Shown: positions 5,925 through 16,497 of the stretch, in pieces | Layout: each line of letters opens with the position of its first letter | How positions within the stretch are numbered: position 1 is the first letter of the stretch | From: an uncultured virus (IMG/VR IMGVR_UViG_3300028283_000004) | Taxonomy: Duplodnaviria; Heunggongvirae; Uroviricota; Caudoviricetes | Virus record (IMG/VR): IMGVR_UViG_3300028283_000004 | Length of the DNA stretch: 64,000 nucleotides | Direction: 5' to 3' (one strand) | Made by a program: the position numbers and the translations under genes | The notes under the pieces: model-generated | What the model was told of the DNA's origin: nothing | The model's database searches: none | What the model saw: only the letters and a program-made list of their open reading frames with translations

Positions 5925-6305
5925 TTATTTAAATCCCATTTTCATCATCATGTCACCAACGACTTGTTTAACCTTCATAATGCTTATTGCTGGGTTTTCT
6001 GGTTTATATCCCAAGCCAGAAAACCAAACTCTAAATGCTTCAGGAAATTCCGTTGCCGTATTAATTCGTTTACTTGCACTTTGAACAGTCGAAGCATTCT
6101 GTGTTGCCCTACCCAATGTTTTGACATCTGAAGGCTGATTTGGCATTGCTGGTTGTGTTGGTTGTACAGGTGCTGAACCAATAGGTGATTGTGCTGATGT
6201 TGCACCAATTTGTGATGCCTCATCGATTATGTTTGATTGGAATGTTGGGTCTATTTTAGATAACATTTCAAAAAGCATTTGTTTTGTGTTTTCTTTGTTT
6301 TTCAT
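5925..6305 (-). CDS. hypothetical protein with shared N-terminal leader
   Basis: KQMLFEMLSKIDPTF...IDE; GTATTTAT motif upstream. Confidence 0.75.
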   Translation of the reverse strand: MKNKENTKQMLFEMLSKIDPTFQSNIIDEASQIGATSAQSPIGSAPVQPTQPAMPNQPSDVKTLGRATQNASTVQSASKRINTATEFPEAFRVWFSGLGYKPENPAISIMKVKQVVGDMMMKMGFK

Positions 6306-6343
6306 TATGAAAATTTATAATAAATACTATATTTATAAACAAA

Positions 6344-6371
6344 AAATTGCACCACATAACATGGTGCAATT
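6344..6371 (-). terminator. intrinsic terminator-like hairpin
   Basis: AATTGCACCA-TGTTATG-TGGTGCAA followed by a T run on the minus strand. Confidence 0.55.
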
Positions 6372-6596
6372 ATAATCATTATTGTCAAGCATTAAAATTT
6401 TACGTAACCACTATCTGGCAATAAAATTTTAAAAATCATTCCCGATTTCCCAGACATAGCCTAATTTATCAATTAAGCAATGATTTTTCATATATAAATA
6501 CTGAGGTAGTATGAATTTTCGTAATTAGACCATCTTTTGATCACGTTTTTTTATTTTATTTGTATTTTATATAGTATTTATAAAAAAATGATAAAA

Positions 6597-7196
6597 ATGA
6601 TAAATAATGATATTATAAGAATAATAACCGAAGAAATTTCAGAATTTGATTTTCTTGGCAATGATAAATATCAAAAAGAAAACGAATCCATTGATTTGCT
6701 AAAAAACGAAGAATTTCAAAAACGATTTATTTGTGATGCACTTTTAAGTAAGAACAATATAGGCATTAATATTTATGATTCAAGAATTGGTGGTGATTGG
6801 GAGAATGATGCTGAGGATGCATCAAGGCTTACAATCGAATATATGACAAATATCACGTATCAATATGACAAAGAAAAAGAACCAGTTAAATTTAATTTAG
6901 ATTTTAGAAGTGATGGAATTCAAATAAGCAAAGGAGAGAGAGAGGATTTTGCCACATATGATACACCAGCATATGGTGAAGCATGGTTTAATTATTTTAA
7001 TTGGGGCGATATTGAGGTTAGCATGTACACCGATGATGGTGATGATGTTGATTTTATTGCATTTAGAAAAGCACCTGCAAAAATTCAGACATTATTTATT
7101 AGACATTTTACTCAAGAATATATAGGCGAATACACTGGATTGGAAATTCGTACATCTGAAATGAAAAATAATATTCAAAATACACCATATTGCTAA
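6597..7196 (+). CDS. hypothetical acidic protein
   Basis: ORF with GTATTTAT motif upstream; start probably ATG 6588 or 6597. Confidence 0.7.
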   Translation: MINNDIIRIITEEISEFDFLGNDKYQKENESIDLLKNEEFQKRFICDALLSKNNIGINIYDSRIGGDWENDAEDASRLTIEYMTNITYQYDKEKEPVKFNLDFRSDGIQISKGEREDFATYDTPAYGEAWFNYFNWGDIEVSMYTDDGDDVDFIAFRKAPAKIQTLFIRHFTQEYIGEYTGLEIRTSEMKNNIQNTPYC

Positions 7197-7202
7197 TTTG
7201 TC

Positions 7203-7619
7203 ATGAATGAGCAAAAAGAAAAAATATTAAAAAGAATTGATGAACTTATTGATAAAAGACGAGGAGAATTATTAAAATCGTTTACATTTATTCACGAACT
7301 TAATGATGGAATCGTTCTTCGTTCATTTAGTGAATGGGACAACTGTATTGATAATAAAAATGTTAAATATATAGTAATCCCCAATAGAAACGATAGTGAC
7401 GAAATTATTATTTTAAATTTTATTCCCAAAGGTACTGAATTGGGATATAAAATTTATCCATATATTCAAAGCGTAACCATGTTAAGCGGTAAGATGGAAT
7501 TAAATACTGGTGAGGGAACATCATTAATTGATAGTTATAGTAAAATAGTTTTAGAAAACAACGAGTTTGGGTGTATTGCTCTTGAAGATACGTATGCTAT
7601 GACATCTAACAAGAAATAA
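7203..7619 (+). CDS. hypothetical protein
   Basis: 138 aa ORF in operon with previous gene. Confidence 0.65.
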   Translation: MNEQKEKILKRIDELIDKRRGELLKSFTFIHELNDGIVLRSFSEWDNCIDNKNVKYIVIPNRNDSDEIIILNFIPKGTELGYKIYPYIQSVTMLSGKMELNTGEGTSLIDSYSKIVLENNEFGCIALEDTYAMTSNKK

Positions 7620-7832
7620 TCACCATAAATTTTCGGGGCATTTAGATTCAGGACTTCTTACTTTTGCTGGTGTATAACAACCACATTTTTCGCATATTTT
7701 ATGTTCAGATGCAAAATATTTACATTGGTTACTTACACATATTACAATTCTTTTTTTTGCCAATTCCTCAACTTCAGGATTTGGGAAAGCCAGATTTTTC
7801 CAGCCAGAATAAATTTCAGATAACATACTCAT
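7620..7832 (-). CDS. small Cys-rich (zinc-binding) protein
   Basis: RIVICVSNQC...CEKCGC...KCPENLW pattern common in phage structural regions. Confidence 0.7.
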   Translation of the reverse strand: MSMLSEIYSGWKNLAFPNPEVEELAKKRIVICVSNQCKYFASEHKICEKCGCYTPAKVRSPESKCPENLW

Positions 7833-7835
7833 AAC

Positions 7836-9845
7836 CTAACGATATATAATTCTACCCCCCTTACTTACCACAATATTAGGATTTTGTTTGGATTCTGCCA
7901 AAGCATTGTGTAATATTTCTGGAGAAGTTAATGCATTAGCATAAATTCTTAATTTTTGAATACCCCCAATAAAACCTGAATTGAAATTCTGTTCAATTAA
8001 TAAATTATTCTTTCTATCATCTTGCACTAAAATGTCTGATGCTGTATAAGTAAAATCTTTTATAAATAATGGTGTATTAATATTTAACTCATCACTTGTC
8101 TCGATTAACAACCCAAGCGATATAAAATGTTGACCCGTATTATTGGTAGTTCTGAACACACTTTTTAATTTGTTCCAAACATTTTGACCGCCCACAACAT
8201 TATTATGATTAGTATTGCCAGATAAATTAGTTAACGTTGAATAGTCATAATTAATTGGGTTTCCAGAACTATCCAAAACAGGTAGACCAGATACCCCATA
8301 GTACATAATTTTATTAGTATAAATGTATTCATATTCCTGTCCATCTGGAAATGGATGTAAACCAAGTGCTTGTAATTCTGCTATGGTTAAATTTGACATT
8401 GGGAATAAATATTCTGTATCATAAAGCACATTAACATCAATAGTATTGCTATATGGTAAAATCGAGATTTTATTGTTTACAGCATTACCGTTGCTATCAA
8501 GATTTTTAAAAAATCCATTATCAAAAATTGATAAATCCACAGTATAATCCCTGTTCGATAATACTGATATTGGGTGATTGAATTTGATATAATATGTATT
8601 TCCAGTATTTCCAGTACCGCCAGAATAATTAACACGCATAACAGTATAGTCAAAAGTATTACTATCGGCACTTAACACCAAGTCGGTAACAGGAACATTA
8701 TTTTCTTCAACAATAAAATTACTATTAATATAACTGTTGCTCTGACCACTATATATATTATATGTTTGGTAATCGTAATGCCACGAATGTTTAAGACCGA
8801 AAGAGCCACCACCCCAACTAATTGAGTATGGTACACCAACTTGTTTTTCTTTTTGATTATTGAATGGATGAAAATAAAACTCAGGAAAGTTATTTATTAT
8901 CCAAACAGCTCTGCCGTTGACATAAAAGATCATTTTACCTGTTCTTTGTTTTGCACAATTAATCAACGCTGGGTCTGTAATAATACTACTTGGCGTGAAT
9001 GCAATGTCGATTACAGTAAAGCCTGTTGCAGTAATGGTTGTTGGTGATGAATTGGTTATAATAAGTCCATCGTTATTAATATATTTGTATGCTATTTTTC
9101 TATCTGAAGTTATTTCAAATGAAATTACATTATTTTTTATATTATCAATTTCAGGTGCTTCAGAATATACAGTAATTTTATCGTCTTCAGGTAATCTAAA
9201 TGCTTTTTTGGTTTCTTCTTTTCCCATAAGAGCATTTAAATAATTATTTTCACTGGTCGTTACACCGCTCGTGGTTGTTAATCCAGTAATTGTTTCTCCA
9301 GAAAAATATGGATTATATTTATCTTCAGCACGTGCTCCCATCATATAAAATATGCCGTGTGATTCGGGATGTAGATATAATACAGTTTCAATTGTTATTC
9401 CATTATTATATCTTGCTGGAAATAATTCATAATTATATCCTTTTAACTTAAAAAATCCTTGTAGGTATCCACCATTCAAATTAAAATAATTTCCAGTTGT
9501 ACTTGTTATACCTGTTATTGGTAAATATTGTGTTGTTACGGTAACACCGCTTGTTTGACCTGTTGTTGGGTTTAAAACATTATTATACCCAACCCTATAC
9601 ATTGAGAATAAAGTGTCATTTGGTGTAAGTGTAATACCACTCCACATTATGTTTGTTCTGCCGTTATCAAATTCTGTTAATCCAAAATCAATTAAATTAA
9701 TATTATCTGAAATCGCCCCACCCCATTTAGTTAGACTGATTGTTGTCAAACCTGAATTATAATTAATCCATGATTTATCATTAGTTAAATCTATTTGGAT
9801 TGCCAATTCATCCGTAATTATATCGTTTAAGCATTCTAAATTCAT
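7836..9845 (-). CDS. virion structural protein with LamG/concanavalin-like fold
   Basis: IFYVNG and FIGGIQKLRIYANALTSPEILHN motifs; Thr/Asn/Gly-rich. Confidence 0.65.
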   Translation of the reverse strand: MNLECLNDIITDELAIQIDLTNDKSWINYNSGLTTISLTKWGGAISDNINLIDFGLTEFDNGRTNIMWSGITLTPNDTLFSMYRVGYNNVLNPTTGQTSGVTVTTQYLPITGITSTTGNYFNLNGGYLQGFFKLKGYNYELFPARYNNGITIETVLYLHPESHGIFYMMGARAEDKYNPYFSGETITGLTTTSGVTTSENNYLNALMGKEETKKAFRLPEDDKITVYSEAPEIDNIKNNVISFEITSDRKIAYKYINNDGLIITNSSPTTITATGFTVIDIAFTPSSIITDPALINCAKQRTGKMIFYVNGRAVWIINNFPEFYFHPFNNQKEKQVGVPYSISWGGGSFGLKHSWHYDYQTYNIYSGQSNSYINSNFIVEENNVPVTDLVLSADSNTFDYTVMRVNYSGGTGNTGNTYYIKFNHPISVLSNRDYTVDLSIFDNGFFKNLDSNGNAVNNKISILPYSNTIDVNVLYDTEYLFPMSNLTIAELQALGLHPFPDGQEYEYIYTNKIMYYGVSGLPVLDSSGNPINYDYSTLTNLSGNTNHNNVVGGQNVWNKLKSVFRTTNNTGQHFISLGLLIETSDELNINTPLFIKDFTYTASDILVQDDRKNNLLIEQNFNSGFIGGIQKLRIYANALTSPEILHNALAESKQNPNIVVSKGGRIIYR

Positions 9846-9933
9846 TTTATACAAGAATTTATCATAAATACTACAGTACTTTAATTAATAATCTCGTATT
9901 TATATAAAATGATAAAATTAAACGTTTTGTATT

Positions 9934-11265
9934 ATGATTAAAGATAGTAAACAAAGATTGTTTGAGATGATGAACAGAGTGGCAAAGATGCCATTAATAA
10001 GCGAATCCGAAATGCTATATGAAATAAATCTAGAAACACTATTTAATGATTTAGAAAATAAATTGACTTGTATTAACCCAGAGGAATTTGGGGAATATCT
10101 TAACTTTTTAGCAAAAAGACAGAAAATGTCTCCCAGTAAAAGAGAGGAATTACCGATAGACCAACCTCGAATTCATGCGTCAACAATACATAAAGCAGGA
10201 GAACCAAGATTGGTAAAGGTTAGGGGTGTAAATAAGGGTGAGGGAATTTTTAAAGATTTAAAATTCCGTGATGTCGGTTCGCTAAATCTTAGTGGCGAAG
10301 AGTATGACCAAATAGTACGAGCACTTGGTGACTTTGACGTTGAGAGATTTATTAAAGAGATTTCTCAAGAGCCAATTACCATCGTTGATGCAAACGATAA
10401 AATGGAAAGGTCTTTCACAGAAAATTCTGTTACGTATAACACTGGAATACCTGCATTTAAGGGATTGATTTACGACAAAAACAAAAATAAGTTTATGTAT
10501 GTCACCACCTGTCCCGGTGCAGGTAGTTGTATCAATCCTTGTTATGCAAGACATGGTAATTACATCAAATATCCCAATCCATATTTACGTGCTACTCAAA
10601 TATTAAATTATTTATTAAACGAACCAGAACTATATGAAGCAAAAATATATAGAGAACTTGAATCACTATGTAAAAAACACGGCAATAATACAACAGTATA
10701 TATGAGGTGGAATGATTCTGGTGATTTTTTCACACAAGTATATTTTGACATTGCAATGAGAGTTACTGATAAATTAGTGGAAAATGGATATAATGCTAAA
10801 TCATATGCATACACAAAAATGGCAAATGTGTTTCTCACTCAAACACCTAATTTTATGGTAACATTCTCAAGTAATGCAAGCCCACAACAAATAGACTTAA
10901 TAAAAAAAGCGGGTGCATGGGAAACCGCCAAAACTTCCAACTTTCTTCCAAAAAAATATTTTCACGATTTATTAAAAAAGAAAATGGTAAAAGGAAAGGT
11001 TGGTGAAGAATATGATGTTGACGAAAACGGAAAAGTTCAATTTATTGACGGAATTAATGGTATTAATGAATTAAAAAGAAGAATCGCACTAGAGGCTTAT
11101 CCCAAATATAATATAAAACCTGAATCAATATTAACATATGACCAAATGATGGATATTGAGCCGAAAGAAGGTGTATTCTGGAACGTTGTTGTAATGCCAA
11201 CTGGTGATGGAGATATTGAAGCCCGTAGACCAGATGTAAGAAAAATATTTTTATCTCAACATTAA
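9934..11265 (+). CDS. Gp88-like Cys-cluster protein with shared N-terminal leader
   Basis: TCPGAGSCINPCYA, RWNDSGDFF and YAYTK motifs. Confidence 0.7.
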   Translation: MIKDSKQRLFEMMNRVAKMPLISESEMLYEINLETLFNDLENKLTCINPEEFGEYLNFLAKRQKMSPSKREELPIDQPRIHASTIHKAGEPRLVKVRGVNKGEGIFKDLKFRDVGSLNLSGEEYDQIVRALGDFDVERFIKEISQEPITIVDANDKMERSFTENSVTYNTGIPAFKGLIYDKNKNKFMYVTTCPGAGSCINPCYARHGNYIKYPNPYLRATQILNYLLNEPELYEAKIYRELESLCKKHGNNTTVYMRWNDSGDFFTQVYFDIAMRVTDKLVENGYNAKSYAYTKMANVFLTQTPNFMVTFSSNASPQQIDLIKKAGAWETAKTSNFLPKKYFHDLLKKKMVKGKVGEEYDVDENGKVQFIDGINGINELKRRIALEAYPKYNIKPESILTYDQMMDIEPKEGVFWNVVVMPTGDGDIEARRPDVRKIFLSQH

Positions 11266-11305
11266 CAAGTATTTATATAAAAATTTAAAATAAAAACAAT
11301 TAATT

Positions 11306-11779
11306 ATGAAAAAAGATAGTAGAAGTAGGTTATTCGAAGTCATGGGTAGACTCGATAAAACATTCAAACCTAGATTGAATGAAGAATTTGAACAAGCTAA
11401 TCCAGTTGCATTTGCCCAACCAATGGGTGGAGAAGAAGTTCCTGAAAAAGAGGAATTAACTGTTGAGGAGAAATATGAAGAATTGAAAAGCAAGGTTGAG
11501 GAATTGTATGCTATGATTCATGGTGAAGAGTCTGAAGAAGAACCAGAGGGTGAAGAATCTGTGGAAGAACCAGAAGAAGAACTTACCGAAAGAAAAAAAT
11601 GGAATTTCGAAAAGAAAAAAGGTGAAAAGGATGATGATTCTGAAGAACATGAAGAAAATGAAACACCTGACGAAGAAAAAAAGGAACATGAAAAAGGTGG
11701 TTACGAATTTGGTAAAAAAGAACAAAACGAATCAAAACCAAAAATCCCAGTAAACAATATTGCAAAAGTAGGCAAATAA
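11306..11779 (+). CDS. acidic low-complexity protein with shared N-terminal leader
   Basis: RSRLFEVMGRLDKTFKPRLNEE; Glu-rich. Confidence 0.75.
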   Translation: MKKDSRSRLFEVMGRLDKTFKPRLNEEFEQANPVAFAQPMGGEEVPEKEELTVEEKYEELKSKVEELYAMIHGEESEEEPEGEESVEEPEEELTERKKWNFEKKKGEKDDDSEEHEENETPDEEKKEHEKGGYEFGKKEQNESKPKIPVNNIAKVGK

Positions 11780-11784
11780 TAATT

Positions 11785-12609
11785 GTGATGGTTGAGAGTA
11801 AAAAGTTCCCACGTTCGTGGTCAAGTAGATATTGGTCAAGGAACAACATTTCCGATGCATTAAAGGAAGCTGTTGAGCCTAATAGTGTTGATGTGTCATC
11901 AATACAAATGCACGATAATTTAAATCCTCTTATTTGGGACGATAATGAAAATTTAAAACCAGAAATTAGAAAAGCTTTATTATTAAACGCAAAAAGATTT
12001 ATTGAGTTTTCGGATGTTGAGAATCTTAAATTTAATGATATAATACTTACTGGAAGTCTTGCCAATTTTAATTATAACGAGAATTCAGATTTGGATATAC
12101 ACATTATACTTGATTTTAATCAAATTTCAGAAAATAAAGAATTTGTAGGTGATTTTTTTAAATTAAAAAAGCAGTTGTGGTCAGAAAACCTTTCAATTCA
12201 AATAAAAGGACATGATGTGGAAATGTATTTTCAAGATAGTGGAGAACCTCATCACTCAACAGGTGTTTATTCTTTAATGAAAGATGAATGGGTTAGAAGA
12301 CCAACTAAAAAGATTATAAATGTTGATAGTGCAGACGTACAACTAAAATCATCAGATTTTATGAACGCAATTGATGATTTAGAATCAAATAAGAGTCAAA
12401 AGAATTTTTTAACACAATACGAAAAAATCAAAAATAAAATCAAAAAATATAGACAGAGTGGACTTGATGAAAAGGGCGAATTTTCTATTGAGAATTTAGT
12501 TTTCAAAATATTAAGAAATACTGGCTATTTAGAGAAAATGGTTAAATTAAAAAATAATTATTTAACTCAGGAATTGAGTGTTGATGAGATTTTAAATCCA
12601 GAATTATGA
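11785..12609 (+). CDS. Pol-beta-superfamily nucleotidyltransferase
   Basis: LTGSLANFNY...SDLDIH and downstream DVE: GS + DxD + acidic residue signature. Confidence 0.8.
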   Translation: MMVESKKFPRSWSSRYWSRNNISDALKEAVEPNSVDVSSIQMHDNLNPLIWDDNENLKPEIRKALLLNAKRFIEFSDVENLKFNDIILTGSLANFNYNENSDLDIHIILDFNQISENKEFVGDFFKLKKQLWSENLSIQIKGHDVEMYFQDSGEPHHSTGVYSLMKDEWVRRPTKKIINVDSADVQLKSSDFMNAIDDLESNKSQKNFLTQYEKIKNKIKKYRQSGLDEKGEFSIENLVFKILRNTGYLEKMVKLKNNYLTQELSVDEILNPEL

Positions 12610-12854
12610 AAAGATTTATAGTTAAAAAACAACAATTAATTGAATATGTCGAAAAGAAAAAATCCGATAAGGTTTTTTATGATATATTGGAGCATCTTAA
12701 TAGGAACGTGAGTTTGTTAACTGAAAATGTTTCTCATAAAAAAGCCAATCAATCTGTTATTGACGATTATGTGAGAAGGAATGTGATAACACAGAAAGTT
12801 GCCGAAATGCTTATAAAATATAAAATTACGGATGAAACAGGACAAATAATATAA
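12606..12854 (+). CDS. hypothetical protein
   Basis: 82 aa ORF with ATGA overlap to previous gene. Confidence 0.65.
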   Translation: MKRFIVKKQQLIEYVEKKKSDKVFYDILEHLNRNVSLLTENVSHKKANQSVIDDYVRRNVITQKVAEMLIKYKITDETGQII

Positions 12855-12932
12855 TATCAATATTTTTTTGTAACTAATTAAGTATTTATAAAAAAATGTA
12901 AAGTAAATAATAATATATTTAAAAAGATAAAG

Positions 12933-15437
12933 ATGAAAAATCACACTTCGAAAGATGCGTTTTATGAGAGAATGCTGAATTTAGCCGATGTTAATAAAGC
13001 CTCAACAAAAGAATCAACAAATCGTTCATTAGGTACACTAATTGATTATAAGAGAGCTGCAGATGGTGTTGCTTATGCAATTATCAAAGAAAATCACCAA
13101 TACTATGTTAAAAAAGGTGGTATTAAAAGTGATCCAAATGTGGCAGATTTTGCGTATATTGGGGGATTGGGAAATATAACAAATTTCCAATATAAATCAT
13201 TGGCAGAGGCAGATAAACAAAGAAACATGCTATTTCACACAATCACCGAAGCTGTTTCGTTGAGACCAAGCAATACTGGTAGCAAAAAAAGATTAAACGA
13301 AGACAGGGCTGGTGAAGAAATTGGCAACGCTGAAGAAAAGTTGGGTGATTTAGATGCAGCAACTGCAGCAGCAGACAGTGCTGGTGTTCCACTTGCTCCA
13401 GATGGTGGTGATGAAGAAATGGCTGCTGGATTACAGGCAGAACCCACAGGTGAAGAAATGCCTGATATGGGTGGCGAAGAAGTTCCTGATATGGGTGGCG
13501 AAGAAGTCCCAGATATGGGTGGTGAAGAAGATGGTATGGGTGGTGAAGAAGTTCCCGAAGTTCCAGCTGATGATGTTAACAAAGAACTTGAAAAAGGAAT
13601 TGGTAAAATAACAAATACAATTAGAAAAACTGAATTAGAACCAGCACAAATTAAATCATATCTTAAATCATTTATTCAGGCGTTCAAAGATAAACTTCCT
13701 GAACTTGAGATTGAAGAAAGAAAAGATATTGCAAATTTAATTATCAAAATTGTTCCACCTGAAGACATTGAGGATTTGGGGACAAGTGTTGAAGATACTG
13801 ACGTAGAAGAGGTTGAGGAAGGAAAATGTTCAGAATGTGGCAGATTTACAGAATATGCCAAATCAAGAGGATATAATACAGCAGAATCACTTATGGAATG
13901 TGGTGAAGAAGAAGTAACTAATTTAGTTAGTGGTTATGCTAATGCCCACAATGATGGCATGAATGATGGGGATATTGATGGTGTTGCATTGGTAATTAAA
14001 ATTGTTAATCCAGAAATATTAAATAAATTAAAAGGTGATTATGGTCACGATGAATATGCACAAAAATTAGAACCACAAGTTAATGCAATGTCTGAAGCAA
14101 CCGAAGAAGAAAGTGTTGCTGAACTTAATGAATTATTTGGTGGATTTGGTGCTGGTATATCTAGAGCAGCTGGTGGTTTGGCTAAAGGAGTTGGCGACAT
14201 TGGAAGAGCTGCAATGGATAAAGCAAAAGAAGTTGGTGGCAATATTAAACAAGACTATTATAAGGGAGTTCAGAACACTAAAGTTGACCAAGTAACTAAA
14301 TTAGCCAATGAATTAAAGACAAAAATCGAAATGATGAATGCTGCAACATCCAAAGCGGGTGGTCAACCAATAGCACCTGAGCAAGCAGCACAAATTGTTG
14401 GGAATATAATAAAAGGAGCACCTGCTAGCATATCAAATAACGTTGGTGCACAAAAAGCATGGGGTATTGGTGGTAAAAACGCATTTACAGGACAAAAACT
14501 TGAGGAAACTGATCCAGCATATACCGAAACACAGCCACTATATGAAGATGGTGATGATTTAGAAGGTGTTGATGATGATGTTGAAGTTGATAATGTTGAC
14601 GGTGAAGATAATAACTTTTTCGCTAAAGATTCTCAATCATTAGGTGCTGCTGTTGCTAAACCAGATGGTGCTCCAACAACAATAAGTGTTATCTCTCAAA
14701 ACGGAACTAAAGTTGATGTTGGTTTAAATGAAGTATTTAAACAACTAAGAAAAGCAATGAACGAAGCCAAAGCAAAGAAACCTTCAGCTGGCTTATCAAA
14801 AGAAAAGAAATCTGATGTTGTTAAGGCAGCAAAAAAAGGTGAGGATATTGGTAAAAAGGGTAAGGATTTTGAAAAAGTAGCAGATAAAGCAGCTAAAGAA
14901 TATGGTAGTAAAGAAGCTGGTAAAAAAGTAGCTGCTGCAGCAATGTGGAAAAATGTTAAAAGAGAAAATGTTAAAGAAAATTTTAATCCCAATAATAGTC
15001 TTTCTCTAGAAAAATTGAGAACCGAACTTTCTGAATTACAACACGGGTTAAAATTATTAAACGGTTCATTTTCAAACGCATCAAAAGACACTGCATTTAA
15101 TTTAAGAAATGCAGATGAAAATCAGACAGCTTTTTATGATTTTATCGAAGACACTAATTACGACCCAAATTATTTTCACGGTAAGGAAATATATAAAGAT
15201 ATTGCCGAACTTAAACGTAAATTAGGTATGACCGAAAACGCTAAAAAATCAGCGAAACCAATTAGCGAAAGCGAAGCTAAATTAAGAAAATATATTCGCA
15301 ATCGTCTTATGGAAAACGCTGGAATGAAAAAAGCAACATTGAATGAGAATGAAAAATCTGTAACATTAAAAAAACTTGATGAAGCGATTGACAAACAATT
15401 CCAATTGTATGGTAATACTGTAAAAAAAAAGATTTAA
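12933..15437 (+). CDS. large acidic protein, probable prohead core/internal head protein
   Basis: 834 aa; many (L/I)xE sites; PDMGGEEV repeats; upstream of terminase/portal. Confidence 0.65.
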   Translation: MKNHTSKDAFYERMLNLADVNKASTKESTNRSLGTLIDYKRAADGVAYAIIKENHQYYVKKGGIKSDPNVADFAYIGGLGNITNFQYKSLAEADKQRNMLFHTITEAVSLRPSNTGSKKRLNEDRAGEEIGNAEEKLGDLDAATAAADSAGVPLAPDGGDEEMAAGLQAEPTGEEMPDMGGEEVPDMGGEEVPDMGGEEDGMGGEEVPEVPADDVNKELEKGIGKITNTIRKTELEPAQIKSYLKSFIQAFKDKLPELEIEERKDIANLIIKIVPPEDIEDLGTSVEDTDVEEVEEGKCSECGRFTEYAKSRGYNTAESLMECGEEEVTNLVSGYANAHNDGMNDGDIDGVALVIKIVNPEILNKLKGDYGHDEYAQKLEPQVNAMSEATEEESVAELNELFGGFGAGISRAAGGLAKGVGDIGRAAMDKAKEVGGNIKQDYYKGVQNTKVDQVTKLANELKTKIEMMNAATSKAGGQPIAPEQAAQIVGNIIKGAPASISNNVGAQKAWGIGGKNAFTGQKLEETDPAYTETQPLYEDGDDLEGVDDDVEVDNVDGEDNNFFAKDSQSLGAAVAKPDGAPTTISVISQNGTKVDVGLNEVFKQLRKAMNEAKAKKPSAGLSKEKKSDVVKAAKKGEDIGKKGKDFEKVADKAAKEYGSKEAGKKVAAAAMWKNVKRENVKENFNPNNSLSLEKLRTELSELQHGLKLLNGSFSNASKDTAFNLRNADENQTAFYDFIEDTNYDPNYFHGKEIYKDIAELKRKLGMTENAKKSAKPISESEAKLRKYIRNRLMENAGMKKATLNENEKSVTLKKLDEAIDKQFQLYGNTVKKKI
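13453..13560 (+). repeat. 24-bp coding tandem repeat (PDMGGEEV)
   Basis: cctgatatgggtggcgaagaagtt repeated three times plus a degenerate copy. Confidence 0.8.
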
Positions 15438-15460
15438 CTGAGGGATTTAGTCAGATTGAA

Positions 15461-15838
15461 ATGGGTGAAGGTGCTGAATTTGTTAATTATCAAAGGGTTT
15501 TAGGTAAATCAATTGAGAAAACAAATCAGATGATTCAACAAGCAAAATCAGACGGCATTGAAGCAATTGAACCTGATGGTACTTGGGAATCCGTTTATGA
15601 GTTTGATAAAGTAGTTCTTATGAATACCAGACTTAAAGTATATTATAAAGAATATAACGGAAGAGGATGGGAAAATAAGGTTGATGAAACCAATCTAACT
15701 CAAGATAGACTAAATGATTTTCAAGATACTAAATACGTTTTATCTTGGATTAGAAGAAGTATTAAAAAAGGATATACACGAGATCGTCAAAACGATGTAA
15801 AACAACGAAAGATTGATGCTAGAGATGCACAAATGTAA
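15461..15838 (+). CDS. hypothetical protein
   Basis: 125 aa ORF followed by a terminator. Confidence 0.6.
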   Translation: MGEGAEFVNYQRVLGKSIEKTNQMIQQAKSDGIEAIEPDGTWESVYEFDKVVLMNTRLKVYYKEYNGRGWENKVDETNLTQDRLNDFQDTKYVLSWIRRSIKKGYTRDRQNDVKQRKIDARDAQM

Positions 15839-15842
15839 AAAT

Positions 15843-15870
15843 AAAAAAGCCACTAAATAGTGGCTTTTTT
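15843..15870 (+). terminator. intrinsic terminator
   Basis: aaaaaagccact-aaat-agtggctttttt. Confidence 0.8.
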
Positions 15871-15901
15871 ATTTTCTCTGTATTTATGGAAAAATCTCAA
15901 T

Positions 15902-16387
15902 ATGAACTACGAAGATAATAAACTAAAGCTAATTTTCATATTAAAAATTGGGTATAATTCGAAAGAAGAAGGACTTTATGAATTTATATTTTCATTGGAT
16001 GAAACTAATATAGATATGGAAGGGTGGTGTTGGGATATTTCACCCGCTTGTGATAATGCTATGCCACCAACCGAAGAATATATTAACGCTGTTTTTAATT
16101 TAAAAACAAGTTCTTTTGATTTATTCTGTTTACATGAAGCTGTTGATAGAGAGTATATGCATGGATATCATACAATTCATGCATTAGCATTTGAGGTTGA
16201 GAGAATTAATGATGAAAATTCTGGATTTAGTGATTACGAAAAAATGTTTGAAGGAAATAATGATGATTTGCCACTATTGGTTTTTCATTATGGTATGACT
16301 TTAACAAAAGTTAAAGACATGTTGAGTGCCAGAAAGATTATTTTAAAGAATAATGAATTTATTGAGACCTCTTCAATAAAATTTTAG
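15902..16387 (+). CDS. hypothetical protein upstream of terminase
   Basis: Start moved to ATG 15902, after the GTATTTAT motif at 15880. Confidence 0.7.
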   Translation: MNYEDNKLKLIFILKIGYNSKEEGLYEFIFSLDETNIDMEGWCWDISPACDNAMPPTEEYINAVFNLKTSSFDLFCLHEAVDREYMHGYHTIHALAFEVERINDENSGFSDYEKMFEGNNDDLPLLVFHYGMTLTKVKDMLSARKIILKNNEFIETSSIKF

Positions 16388-16497
16388 TAATTATATTTGC
16401 ACACTCCAATTAAGGAAGTTGCGTGGCATGGTGTATCAATAATATATCATGCCTCGCTGTTTTATATACCAATAGTATTTATTATAAAATTTTATAA

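Noticed and set aside
13453..13560. CRISPR-like repeats
   Set aside because: In-frame coding repeats with no unique spacers; no cas genes. The nuclease at 52275 is a stand-alone PD-(D/E)XK protein.
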